A DNA stretch of 24,000 nt from Algisphaera agarilytica (GCF_014207595.1 NZ_JACHGY010000001.1:3604212-3628211); one strand, 5' to 3'. Positions 1-9,745 are shown, numbered from the stretch's first letter. Numbers and translations: made by a program. Notes: generated by a model not told the origin, from the sequence alone.

Positions 1-130
1 TGATTATGAGCTCTGCGACGAGGAGGGAGTTGTTGAGGACTCTGGTCGGTACGAAGATGGGCAGCTTGTCGTAGAAGCGAGTAATTAGACACGGGTAGCT
101 TTGCTGACCTTATAGGAGACCGTATGTCTT

Positions 131-1108
131 CTACACCGAGCGTCGGGTGATCAACAATGTCATCAATGCGAAAACACTCGCCGTAGTGGGCTCCGGAATC
201 GGCGTGGCGATGAAGCCGTAGTGGGTGCCGTCGGGGGCGACGGCTTCGCCGACGATTTGGCCGAGGTCGTTGAGGCCGATGGGGATGGTGGAGGTGGCGC
301 CGATCAGGTCGAAGGGGAGGAAGGTGCCGGTGGCGTCGCGGATGAAGCCGCGGGCGGGTTGGGATTCGGGGGAGCCGAGGGCGGCGAGCCAGGCGCCGAC
401 GAGGACGCCGTCGTTGTTGATCCCGCCGACGAGGGTGCTGACCGCGGCGGGGTCGGGGTGGTCGATGGTCGTGAACGCGAGGCCGTCGTGGCTGACGTAG
501 CCGTGCAGGGCCCCGGTGGCGTCGGCGTAGAACCCGGCGATACGTCCCGCGTCGTTGATCGCCCGGACGGTGGTCGACACGGCACCGGGTACCGTGACGG
601 TCTGGAAGGTTCCGCTCGAGGACGGGGAGAGTTGCACGAAACCCCGCTGCACGCCGCCGGCGTCGTCGTATTCCCCGACGAAGTCGCCGGGGTTGTTAAG
701 ACCGCGGATGGTGGTGCCCTGGGTCGTGCCGGGGGCGTCGTAGGTCGTGAAGGTGGGGCCGGTGAGGACAAAGCCGTGCGAGCCCGAGTTGTTGAACGAG
801 CCGACCACGGTGCCGGCGTCGTTGTTACCGAACGCCCGGCGGTCGGTGAGTGAGGTGGGCGGGTTGATCGTTTCGGGCACGCCGCCGACGATCCGCAGCG
901 CGTTGGCGGTGTTGAAGTCGGCCGCGTCGGTCTGATAGTAGCCCACCACATCGCCGGCCGCGTTGATGTCACGGAACCCGGTGATCGGGGCCCCGGGGAA
1001 CTGGTAAGTGGTGACGGTGTACCCCGCGATCGACATCGCCGAGGCGGGCGAACCCGCCGCGGTCAGCACGATCGCATACGCAAAGACCAGCCAGCGACGC
1101 GGTTTCAT
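131..1108 (-). CDS. Secreted PEP-CTERM-anchored protein with HAF-like repeats (predicted beta-propeller)
   Basis: ORF 131..1213(-) trimmed to the ATG at 1106-1108, which gives the signal peptide MKPRRWLVFAYAIVLTAAGSPASA. C-terminus IPEPTTASVFALMTLLITRRSV is a PEP motif, a hydrophobic helix and a basic tail (PEP-CTERM sorting signal). The body carries six clear units about 40-45 aa apart: INAAGDVVGYY, NNDAGTVVGSF, LNNPGDFVGEY, INDAGRIAGFY, INNDGVLVGAW, LNDLGQIVGEA. G[FY][VI] strands recur between and after these units (HGFVL, RGFVQ, HGYVS, RGFIR, YGFIA). Confidence 0.8.
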   Translation of the reverse strand: MKPRRWLVFAYAIVLTAAGSPASAMSIAGYTVTTYQFPGAPITGFRDINAAGDVVGYYQTDAADFNTANALRIVGGVPETINPPTSLTDRRAFGNNDAGTVVGSFNNSGSHGFVLTGPTFTTYDAPGTTQGTTIRGLNNPGDFVGEYDDAGGVQRGFVQLSPSSSGTFQTVTVPGAVSTTVRAINDAGRIAGFYADATGALHGYVSHDGLAFTTIDHPDPAAVSTLVGGINNDGVLVGAWLAALGSPESQPARGFIRDATGTFLPFDLIGATSTIPIGLNDLGQIVGEAVAPDGTHYGFIATPIPEPTTASVFALMTLLITRRSV

Positions 1109-1305
1109 CCTCTTCTCCAGCAGGCGTGCGGAATCGGGAAGCACTCCCCGTGCATGATAAAGCGCGAGCGCTGGAGCGCAAACCATTCTTTGGCCACGGG
1201 GCTGAGTCGGCATGGGTGGGCGAGGCTCCTGCCGAGCCGTAAGGTTCAGACGACACCCGGCTCGGCGGGAGCCTCGCCCTCCCGATTAATCACGTCTACC
1301 CGTCG

Positions 1306-2340
1306 TTACTCGTCATCGCGCATGCTGCTGAGAATCGTGGGGGCTTCGGGCTTAACGAAACACACCGGGCAAGATTCGTGCAGGTCGCCTTCGAGGAAGA
1401 CCCGGTTCTGAGCCGGGGCGGCTTGGTTTGTGGTGGTGAGTGCCGGCTCGGCAACTTCTGTCTTGGCCGCGGTGACGGGGCCGATCTCGCCGGTGACGGT
1501 GTATTTGCCTTCGATGCGCACGTAGAGGGTGGCCGCTTCGTGGCTGTTGTTCGTGAAGGCGTGGGCAGTGACGCCCTGGGAGTCGAAGCTGCTGCCGGGG
1601 GCGAGGGCCTGGGCGTCGGCCTTGCCGGGGACTTCGTGGGTGGGCTCGCCCTGGATGACCACGGCGTTCAGGGGCGCGCCGTTGGTCTGCAGGTAGCCGG
1701 TGAAGCCGGGGGGGAGTTTGAGCATGCTGGCATTAAGCTCGCCGTTGGCGGGGGTGCCCCAGAGGTGAACGAGCTCGGGGCCCTCATCCGAGATCCAGGG
1801 GGTGTTGGACGCGTCGAGCCAAACGAAGTTGCTGGGGTCGACGTTGACGGGGCGTTCGCCGTTGTCGAAAGCCTCGGCCGGCGGCATCACGAGGTAGGGC
1901 CCCTTGGCGATCTCGATGAAGGCGACGTTGGTCTGGCCGGTCGCGGAGGTGATGTGGACCTCGCCAGCGGGCTGGGTCCAGTAGGAGCCGGGGGGCATCC
2001 ACATGTTGGCGGCATCGGGGTCGTCGTTGTGGACCAGGCCGTGGATGACCACGCCGCGATAAGTGACGTTGTGGATGTGCGGCGGGGAGGAGAAGCCGTC
2101 CACAAACTTCACGAGGAAGCCCGTGGGCACCTTGCCCTTGCGGTCGCCCCAGATCGTGCCGGCCTGCGGGCTCTTGTCGCCCCGCGCGGGGTTCAACGCG
2201 GTCCACGGTACCTCCGACGCGGGCAGGACGTTCACGGTGGCGTCATCCGCGGTGCGGGGGCCACTCACGTACGGGGCGGTGGAGCAGCCGGTCAGGAAGG
2301 CGGCAGAAGCGGCGAGAGCGAGCAGGGGGCGGGTGTTCAT
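1306..2340 (-). CDS. Lipoprotein with two cupin-like halves (DUF4437-like, from memory)
   Basis: ORF 1306..2490(-) trimmed to the ATG at 2338-2340: [18 protein letters not shown]|C is a signal peptide with a canonical lipobox (L-T-G-C). The first half has a cupin-type His cluster ([22 protein letters not shown] ... GEVHIT). The second half is a similar beta-rich unit without the His ligands. A CPVC pair lies near the C-terminus. The family name is recollection, not a search result. Confidence 0.55.
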   Translation of the reverse strand: MNTRPLLALAASAAFLTGCSTAPYVSGPRTADDATVNVLPASEVPWTALNPARGDKSPQAGTIWGDRKGKVPTGFLVKFVDGFSSPPHIHNVTYRGVVIHGLVHNDDPDAANMWMPPGSYWTQPAGEVHITSATGQTNVAFIEIAKGPYLVMPPAEAFDNGERPVNVDPSNFVWLDASNTPWISDEGPELVHLWGTPANGELNASMLKLPPGFTGYLQTNGAPLNAVVIQGEPTHEVPGKADAQALAPGSSFDSQGVTAHAFTNNSHEAATLYVRIEGKYTVTGEIGPVTAAKTEVAEPALTTTNQAAPAQNRVFLEGDLHESCPVCFVKPEAPTILSSMRDDE

Positions 2341-2615
2341 GAAAGGCTCCGGGATCGAAACGGAGGATGGGTGATGACAACAGGGTAGGCACCCAATCAG
2401 CAAGACGGGCGAAATCGCAATGATTTTAATTGAAATCACGCAGGCCAGTTGCTTGTAGCTGCTTTTGAGAAAATGAGTCAGTAGCCTCAAATATTTTTTT
2501 GGATTAAGAGCGAAAACGCTGCGAGGGTGCGCACCAGGCGGTCGCGGGGGCCCTGGGTAGCGGGGCGGTGTTCTTTGACATGTGGAGACGGCAATTGCAG
2601 GCGTGCATCATTGGA

Positions 2616-2678
2616 ACTGGTCTGGTTTTGGTCTGATCGTGGTTGGGCGGCAGACCAGACCACCAAAACCAGACCAGT
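2616..2678 (+). promoter_or_regulatory. 17-bp perfect inverted repeat (29-nt spacer) built from GGTCTG/CAGACC hexamers, about 50 nt upstream of the ilvA ATG
   Basis: 2616-2632 actggtctggttttggt is the exact reverse complement of 2662-2678 accaaaaccagaccagt. Hexamer GGTCTG occurs at 2619 and 2630. CAGACC occurs at 2651, 2656 and 2670. No U-tract follows on either strand, so it is not a classical terminator. Confidence 0.4.
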
Positions 2679-2730
2679 GGATGAGTAGCAGAGCGGGACG
2701 GTGCAAGAGGGTTGTGCCATACTGGCCCGC

Positions 2731-4275
2731 ATGAGCAGCGAATCATTGCGGCAGCAACTCTTCAACGAAATCCTCCTCGCCCGGCAGCGGGTTTACGCGG
2801 TGCGGGAGCCTACGCCGTTGGAGCGGTTGGACATCGGGACGGATGCCGAGGTCTGGGTGAAGCGTGAGGACCAGCCGCCGATTCACGCCTACAAGTGGCG
2901 GGGGGCGTACAACAACATGGCCACGCTCAGCGAAGAGCAGCGGCAGCGCGGCGTCGTCTGCGCCTCGGCGGGCAACCACGCCCAGGGCGTCGCCCTCGCG
3001 GCGGCGAAGCTGGGATGCTCGGCGACGGTATTCATGCCCCGGCCCACGCCGATGATGAAACGCAAGGCCGTGGCGCTGCACGGCGGGGATCACGTGACGG
3101 TCGAGTTGGTCGGCGACACCTACGACCAGGCCTACCACGCCGCGCGGGACTACGCCGCAGAGCACGGCCTGGCGTTTGTCCACCCCTACGACGACCTGGC
3201 GACCATGGGCGGGCAGGGCACGCTTGCGGACGAGGTGGTGATGTCGGGCACCGGGCCGTTTGATGTGGCGTATGTGCAGATCGGTGGCGGGGGGATGGCG
3301 GCGGCGGTGGCGTGTTGGCTCAAGCACTACATGCCGGGCATTCGAGTGGTCGGCGTCGAAGCGGAGGGCCAGGCCTCCATGAAGGCGGCGGTCGCCCACG
3401 GCGGCCCGGTGGAGCTCGAGAGCCTCGACATCTTCTGCGACGGCACGGCGGTGCAGCGGGCGGGCGACCTGACGTTTGAGCTGTGCCGAGAGTTGATCGA
3501 CGAGTTCATCACGGTGAGCAACGCCGAGGTGTGCAACGCGATCCGCCGGTTCTGGAACTGGCGGCGGCGGATCGTCGAGCCGGCCGGGGCGTTGGGCTTG
3601 GCGGGGTTGCTTTCGCAGCAGGACCGACTCAGCGGAAAACGCGCCCTGGCCATCACCTGCGGGGCGAACCTCGACTTCTCCCAGCTCGCGGTCATCGCGG
3701 CCGACACGGGCATCGGCGGGCAGGTGCGGCGTCACCTGCGGTTCCGCATCGACGAATCGCCCGGGGCGTTGCTCGGTCTGCTGCGGGACGTGCTGGGCGG
3801 GTGCAACATCGTGGAGTTTCTTTATGGCAAGGCCCGGGCCGAGTACGCCGAGCCCGTGATCGGGTTGGACGCTTCCGATGAAGTGCTGCAAACGGTGATG
3901 CAACGCTGCGCCGCAGTCGGCATGCCGGTCACGGATATCACCGACGGCGAAGACGTCGATTTCCGGGTCATCAACTACGACGCGTCGTTGTTCCATCAGC
4001 CCCTACTATTGCGTTACGAGTTCCCCGAGCGGGCAGGGGCGCTCAACGAATTCCTCGAAACCATCCAGCCGCGGGCGAACGTCTGCTACTTCAACTACCT
4101 CTACTCCGGCGAGCGGGTCGGGCGGGCGCTCGTGGGGCTGGAGTTCGACACGGACGGCGACCGCCAGGCCTTCCTTGAGTTGCTCGATGAACACCCCGTG
4201 CTGCGATTGCGGCACCGCGTACTCTCGGCGGAAACAACGCAGCGGATGCTCGGCCTCCCGACAGGCGGGCAATAA
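2731..4275 (+). CDS. ilvA: Biosynthetic threonine ammonia-lyase (threonine dehydratase) with C-terminal regulatory domains
   Basis: PLP-lysine region QPPIHAYKWRGAYN, ASAGNHAQGVALAAAKLG, and Gly-rich loop IGGGGMAAAVA. A C-terminal extension of about 180 aa (two ACT-like repeats) is typical of the long, Ile-regulated form. The protein is 514 aa from the ATG at 2731. The track ORF starts at GTG 2701, so the start is uncertain by 10 codons. Confidence 0.9.
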   Translation: MSSESLRQQLFNEILLARQRVYAVREPTPLERLDIGTDAEVWVKREDQPPIHAYKWRGAYNNMATLSEEQRQRGVVCASAGNHAQGVALAAAKLGCSATVFMPRPTPMMKRKAVALHGGDHVTVELVGDTYDQAYHAARDYAAEHGLAFVHPYDDLATMGGQGTLADEVVMSGTGPFDVAYVQIGGGGMAAAVACWLKHYMPGIRVVGVEAEGQASMKAAVAHGGPVELESLDIFCDGTAVQRAGDLTFELCRELIDEFITVSNAEVCNAIRRFWNWRRRIVEPAGALGLAGLLSQQDRLSGKRALAITCGANLDFSQLAVIAADTGIGGQVRRHLRFRIDESPGALLGLLRDVLGGCNIVEFLYGKARAEYAEPVIGLDASDEVLQTVMQRCAAVGMPVTDITDGEDVDFRVINYDASLFHQPLLLRYEFPERAGALNEFLETIQPRANVCYFNYLYSGERVGRALVGLEFDTDGDRQAFLELLDEHPVLRLRHRVLSAETTQRMLGLPTGGQ

Positions 4276-4309
4276 AAAACCTGCCCACGGAGGTGATCCG
4301 CGGGCAGGT
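4274..4309 (-). terminator. Rho-independent terminator of eno (possibly weakly bidirectional for ilvA)
   Basis: 12-bp stem 4279-4290 / 4298-4309 with a 7-nt loop (aggtgat). On the minus-strand RNA the single imperfect position is a G-U wobble and the stem is followed by UUUUUUAUU (A-run 4274-4279 on +). On the plus-strand RNA the same position is an A-C mismatch and only GUGUGUUGAUU follows. Confidence 0.7.
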
Positions 4310-4338
4310 GTGTTGATTCAAGAGTTGGGTTGTGGGGC

Positions 4339-5757
<1,419 letters not shown>

Positions 5758-5908
5758 TTAGCCTTGAGTTTGGATTGTCGTTCCAATCCCAGGGGCGCAG
5801 CAAGGAAGCCGACGGCCGCATGCGCGACCGCCAGCCGGGGCTCGGATGAGCCCGTGGGGTGGGGCTGATTTGTGGTGGGTATCGGGCTAGGCGTCGGGCG
5901 ACCGGGGG

Positions 5909-6124
5909 TTAGTCGTCCTGATCCACCGCAGCGAGCGATTGTCCCTCGCCGGGCAACGCGGGCCAGAGCTCGACCGCCGCCCGTGCTTCGGGGTCCTGGA
6001 GGTAGGAGTACGTCGGGGCGTGGCTGATCCGGATCGTCGGGGCGCTCGTGCAGCCCACCCCCAGTGACCCAAACAGGCCCAGGGCGAGAACGAGGCTGGC
6101 GATTTGCCCTCGGCGGCGTTTCAT
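5909..6124 (-). CDS. Small secreted protein or putative lipoprotein (71 aa), unknown function
   Basis: ORF 5909..6202(-) trimmed to the ATG at 6122-6124: MKRRRGQIASLVLALGLFGSLGVG|C, a signal peptide ending in Cys (non-canonical lipobox). Third-position GC is high throughout, consistent with coding. I recognised no family. Confidence 0.45.
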   Translation of the reverse strand: MKRRRGQIASLVLALGLFGSLGVGCTSAPTIRISHAPTYSYLQDPEARAAVELWPALPGEGQSLAAVDQDD

Positions 6125-6204
6125 GGAGGTGTTCCCAAGAAGATCCCCGAGGACTGGCCGTGCTTTAGATTGGAAAAGCCCGATATGATCCATCAGTGGC
6201 AACT

Positions 6205-7233
6205 ATGCGTTATGCCGTCCGTCACGCCAGCGAGGCCGCCGTTGAATCTCCCATGAGCCGTCCACAAGCCCTACAGATGGACTTATTCGCACAAGCGGGG
6301 GTGGGTGTGCGGGTTGTACGGCCCGAAATCGGCTCGGCGATCCCCACCCCACGCGCCGCCGCCCGGGCAGAGACCCCCCGCGTCTGCGTGCTGGGCTCGG
6401 GCTCGGGCGGCAACTCCACGGTGCTGAACCACGCGGGGCGGTCGCTCCTCATCGACGCGGGCTTCGGCCCACGCACCACCACCCAGCGCCTCGCCCAGGC
6501 GGGTCTGACGCTGTCCGACCTCAGCGCGATCTGCCTGACGCACTTCGACACCGATCACTTCCGCAAGACCTGGATCCGCCCGATGGTCGATCTGGGCATC
6601 ACGCTCTACTGCCACCACTGGCACCTGCCCGACCTCCGCAAGGTGCAGAACAATCAGCAGCTGTTTGATGCGGGACTGGTCGAGCCGTTCGACGACAAGC
6701 CGTTCGAGGTGTGGGACGGCCTGGAGGCCTCCACCGTCCGCCTCCAGCACGATCGGCAGGGCACCATCGGCTACCGCTTCGACACCCGCGACTTCGCGGT
6801 CGGCCTCGCCACCGACCTCGGCCACGCGCCCGAACACCTCTGCGTCCACATGGCTGGGGTCGATGTGCTGTGCATCGAGTCGAACTACGACGAACACATG
6901 ACCGTGAACTCCCCGCGCCCCGCGTGGGTGAATCGGCGGAACCTGTCGGACTCGGGCCACCTCTCCAACGAGCAGTCCCTCGCTGCGGTGCAGCGCATCG
7001 CCGAGCTCAGCCCCCACGGCAACCCGCGGCGCGTCGTGCTGCTGCACCGCTCGAGCCAGTGCAACCACCCGATGAAGGTGCAGCGCTGTTTCGAGACCGA
7101 TCCCGCGATCGCCAAACGCGTCACGCTGACCGATCAACGCCGACGCACACGGTGGATCACTGCGCCGCCGCTGCGGGCGGTCCGACGCCGCCAACAAACC
7201 TTGGCCAGGGTGCGGGTGCGTGAATCGGCTTAA
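6205..7233 (+). CDS. MBL-fold metallo-hydrolase (YycJ/PhnP-like) with a variant metal motif
   Basis: VCVLGSGSGGNSTVL...SLLIDAGFG...AICLTHFDTDH...ATDLGH...SGHLSN...VLLHRS follows the order of metallo-beta-lactamase-fold motifs. The start is ambiguous: GTG 6196, ATG 6205, ATG 6253 or ATG 6277. The stop TAA 7231-7233 overlaps the stop of the convergent gene. Confidence 0.7.
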   Translation: MRYAVRHASEAAVESPMSRPQALQMDLFAQAGVGVRVVRPEIGSAIPTPRAAARAETPRVCVLGSGSGGNSTVLNHAGRSLLIDAGFGPRTTTQRLAQAGLTLSDLSAICLTHFDTDHFRKTWIRPMVDLGITLYCHHWHLPDLRKVQNNQQLFDAGLVEPFDDKPFEVWDGLEASTVRLQHDRQGTIGYRFDTRDFAVGLATDLGHAPEHLCVHMAGVDVLCIESNYDEHMTVNSPRPAWVNRRNLSDSGHLSNEQSLAAVQRIAELSPHGNPRRVVLLHRSSQCNHPMKVQRCFETDPAIAKRVTLTDQRRRTRWITAPPLRAVRRRQQTLARVRVRESA

Positions 7234-7604
7234 TCCGTGTCGGACACCGATCGCAGCCGATACACCCGCTCGGCCATGCGTGACGAGATTTTCTGCCCGC
7301 ATTCCGGGCAATCCCATCGCCCCGCCTGGATCGTCGGCCAGAGCTCGTATCCACACGCCAGGCACCGCCCGCGCCCCAGCACGCTCAGGACGTGCCGGTA
7401 GTTCAACACGGCCGCCCAGACGTATATCACCAAGCTGACGACCGAAAACGCCAGCAGCAGCGACGCGACGACCCACGATCGCCCGTAGATCGGTACGCCG
7501 TTGAACGCGATCGGTGTAGCCAACCAGCACAAGAGCATCGGCAGTGCCAGGTGTCGCGCTCGCGCCCAAGTCGGGTGGCGGATGGACGCCTCGAGCGAAT
7601 CCAT
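7230..7604 (-). CDS. Two-TM membrane protein with a C-terminal CxxC...CxxC zinc ribbon (124 aa), last gene of the ebo operon
   Basis: ORF 7230..7817(-) trimmed to the ATG at 7602-7604, which overlaps the eboF stop by 1 nt (TAATG). Hydrophobic segments are LALPMLLCWLATPIAF and WVVASLLLAFSVVSLVIYVWAAVL, followed by GRCLACGYELWPTIQAGRWDCPECGQKI. Confidence 0.6.
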   Translation of the reverse strand: MDSLEASIRHPTWARARHLALPMLLCWLATPIAFNGVPIYGRSWVVASLLLAFSVVSLVIYVWAAVLNYRHVLSVLGRGRCLACGYELWPTIQAGRWDCPECGQKISSRMAERVYRLRSVSDTD

Positions 7605-8950
7605 TATTCGCCTCTCGATCCGAACAACGCGTCGAGGATCACCCCACGCACATCCGTGCACGGCCGCGGCGTCTCCGACACGCCTGTGCCGATCAGAAGC
7701 GGCTGCAACTCCGATGGGTTGTTGATGCGCCCGTGTGTGCCACGCACCAGATCGGTGTCGAGCGGGGTGACGTCCATGAGTTGTCGGAAGCCGAGTTTCT
7801 TGCGCAGCAGCTTCCACGCGATCGCGGCCTTGCCTTTGTCCGCGAACAGCTCGCGCGGGTCGTAGCCTGGCTTGCGGTGGATGTCGACGGTGCGGGCGAA
7901 GTCCGGGGCCTTGCTCTCATCTAGCCAATAGTCGTAGGTGAACCACCGTCCCGGGTCCGCAACGAGCACGGTGTTGCCCGCGCGCGGGTGCTCCATCTCC
8001 ACCGGCTGACATCCGGGGATGAGCGGCAGCTCCAGGCCGGGCTCGTGGTACACGTGGGCAATCTGGTGATCTGCCACCGCGAACGCCCGGCAGGCCCCGG
8101 GGTCGAGCAACTCGCCGCCGTCTTCTTCACGGACTTGAAGCAGCCCGGCCCCACGCAGCATCTGGTTGATGTTGATCGCGGCGTCCTGCGGGAGCGTGGG
8201 CTCGATGCCGTACTCGCTGAGCAGGACGACGCGGACATCACGCTTGGCGTAGTGATCGAGCAGGTCGCCCACCACCGCGTCAACCTCGGCAACATGTTGC
8301 GGGATGTCGGCGTGATCGGGGCCTAGCTTCTGCAGGCCGTAGTCGAGGTGGGGCAGGTAGACGAGGCTGAGCGAGGGCTGGTGCCACTGATCCACCCGCA
8401 TCGCGGCGTCGGCGATCCACCGCGTCGAGGTGATGTCGGCCAGCGGCCCCCAGAAGCGGAACAGCGGGAAGGTGCCGAGCTCGGCTTGCAGGCGGTCACG
8501 CAGTTCGGGGAGGTTGGCGTAGCAGTCGGGGATCTTGCGCCCATCCGCTTTGTAGATCGGGCGGGCCTGCAGGACGATGTCGCACGCCGAATAGGTGTTG
8601 TGCCACCAGAACAGGTTGGCGCAAGTGAAGTTGGGGTTGCGCTTCTTTGCCGTTTCCCAAACCTTCTCGCCGTGGACGAGGTGGTCGCTGCGTTGCCAGA
8701 ATCGGACTTCGCAGGTGTCGCGGTGGTACCAGCCGTTGCCGACGATGCCGTGTCCCCCGGAACCGTCAACGGGCAAACCCGTGGTCATCGACGCCTGGAC
8801 GCTGCACGTTACCGCGGGGAAGACGGGTTGCAGGGGGGTGACGCCGCCGGTGGCCTCGGCGTAGGCATGGATGCGCGGCGCGTGCGGCAGCAGCGAGGGC
8901 GTGAGCCCCACCACGTTCAACACCGCGATCGTTTGCATCGACTCTGCCAT
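7604..8950 (-). CDS. eboF: EboF-type alkaline-phosphatase-superfamily enzyme (nucleotide pyrophosphatase/phosphodiesterase family)
   Basis: 448 aa. The N-terminal IAVLNVVGLTPSLL ... FPAVTCSVQASMTTG resembles the metal/Thr-nucleophile region of type I phosphodiesterase/NPP proteins. The ATG 8948-8950 abuts the eboC stop (TAAATG) and is preceded by AAGGAAG. The assignment is strengthened by the eboC/E/B/D context. Confidence 0.8.
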   Translation of the reverse strand: MAESMQTIAVLNVVGLTPSLLPHAPRIHAYAEATGGVTPLQPVFPAVTCSVQASMTTGLPVDGSGGHGIVGNGWYHRDTCEVRFWQRSDHLVHGEKVWETAKKRNPNFTCANLFWWHNTYSACDIVLQARPIYKADGRKIPDCYANLPELRDRLQAELGTFPLFRFWGPLADITSTRWIADAAMRVDQWHQPSLSLVYLPHLDYGLQKLGPDHADIPQHVAEVDAVVGDLLDHYAKRDVRVVLLSEYGIEPTLPQDAAININQMLRGAGLLQVREEDGGELLDPGACRAFAVADHQIAHVYHEPGLELPLIPGCQPVEMEHPRAGNTVLVADPGRWFTYDYWLDESKAPDFARTVDIHRKPGYDPRELFADKGKAAIAWKLLRKKLGFRQLMDVTPLDTDLVRGTHGRINNPSELQPLLIGTGVSETPRPCTDVRGVILDALFGSRGE

Positions 8951-9745
8951 TTAGCTTCCTTTGATCCATCGCTGACCTGCGAGACTCAGCACCGCACACC
9001 CCGCGCAGAACACCGACATCGGCCACAAGCCCATCAGCCCGACAAACAACGCATCGACCAGCGCCATCCCCGCGATCATGACGCCGATCCACGAGGCGAG
9101 CTTGCCCATGCTCGGCAACGCTTCGCCCCAGGCGATGAGCGTGATGATCAACGTGTAGCACGTAATTGCGAGCACACTGCCCAACACACGCGGGAGGTCG
9201 GCGTCGATTCCAACCCCCGCCATAAACGCCGAGGCCGATAGCCAGATCACCAACCCGCGACATACGGGCATGAGCACCAGCCCCGCCCAGCGCCAGCGGT
9301 GCAAAAGGTTGTAGCCCAAGATCGCCGCGACCAGAACGCCCGCCCACACCGACACGGCTTGCGGGTAGACGAGGGTGCACGCCCAGCCCAGGGCCAGCAT
9401 GACCACCCCGCCGATGAATGCTTCTCGCTGCGTAACCCGTCCGCTGGGGATCGGGCGGTTGGGGCGATCCTCTTTGTCGATCGCGACATCGCACGCGTCG
9501 TTCAGCACCATTCCGGCGGTGTAGAGCAGGCTCATCCCGACGAGTAGCAGAAACGCCTGGTCAAGCAATCGGCCCAGGTCGCCCCAGCCGATCGGCGGGA
9601 CCTGGCCGGGGTACTCTTGGCGGAGCGGTTCGAGGAGGGCGACGAACATGCCGACCGACAGGCCGTGCACGACGTTCGACCACACGGTGGGCAGGTTGCT
9701 GATGCGCCCGAGGTTGAGCCAGGCCTTGAGGTACTTCCCGATCAT
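8951..9745 (-). CDS. eboC: EboC-type UbiA-superfamily prenyltransferase (polytopic membrane protein)
   Basis: ORF 8951..9973(-) trimmed to the ATG at 9743-9745 (MIGKYLKAWLNLGRISNLPTVWSN), giving 264 aa that are hydrophobic throughout. The first Asp-rich motif NDACDVAIDKEDRPNRPIPSG (NDxxDxxxD) is characteristic of UbiA enzymes. The start overlaps the eboE stop (ATGA). Confidence 0.8.
   Translation of the reverse strand: MIGKYLKAWLNLGRISNLPTVWSNVVHGLSVGMFVALLEPLRQEYPGQVPPIGWGDLGRLLDQAFLLLVGMSLLYTAGMVLNDACDVAIDKEDRPNRPIPSGRVTQREAFIGGVVMLALGWACTLVYPQAVSVWAGVLVAAILGYNLLHRWRWAGLVLMPVCRGLVIWLSASAFMAGVGIDADLPRVLGSVLAITCYTLIITLIAWGEALPSMGKLASWIGVMIAGMALVDALFVGLMGLWPMSVFCAGCAVLSLAGQRWIKGS

Noticed and set aside
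2-88. An open frame running off the left edge (..DYELCDEEGVVEDSGRYEDGQLVVEASN*), possibly the 3' end of a plus-strand gene.
   Set aside because: Only 28 codons are visible, the GC is lower than in the rest of the window, and there is no recognisable motif. It cannot be supported from this window alone.
2575-2580. A perfect TTGACA -35-like hexamer upstream of ilvA.
   Set aside because: No TAnnnT-type -10 lies at 16-18 nt spacing, and the promoter consensus for this kind of organism is uncertain. There is not enough support to call a promoter.
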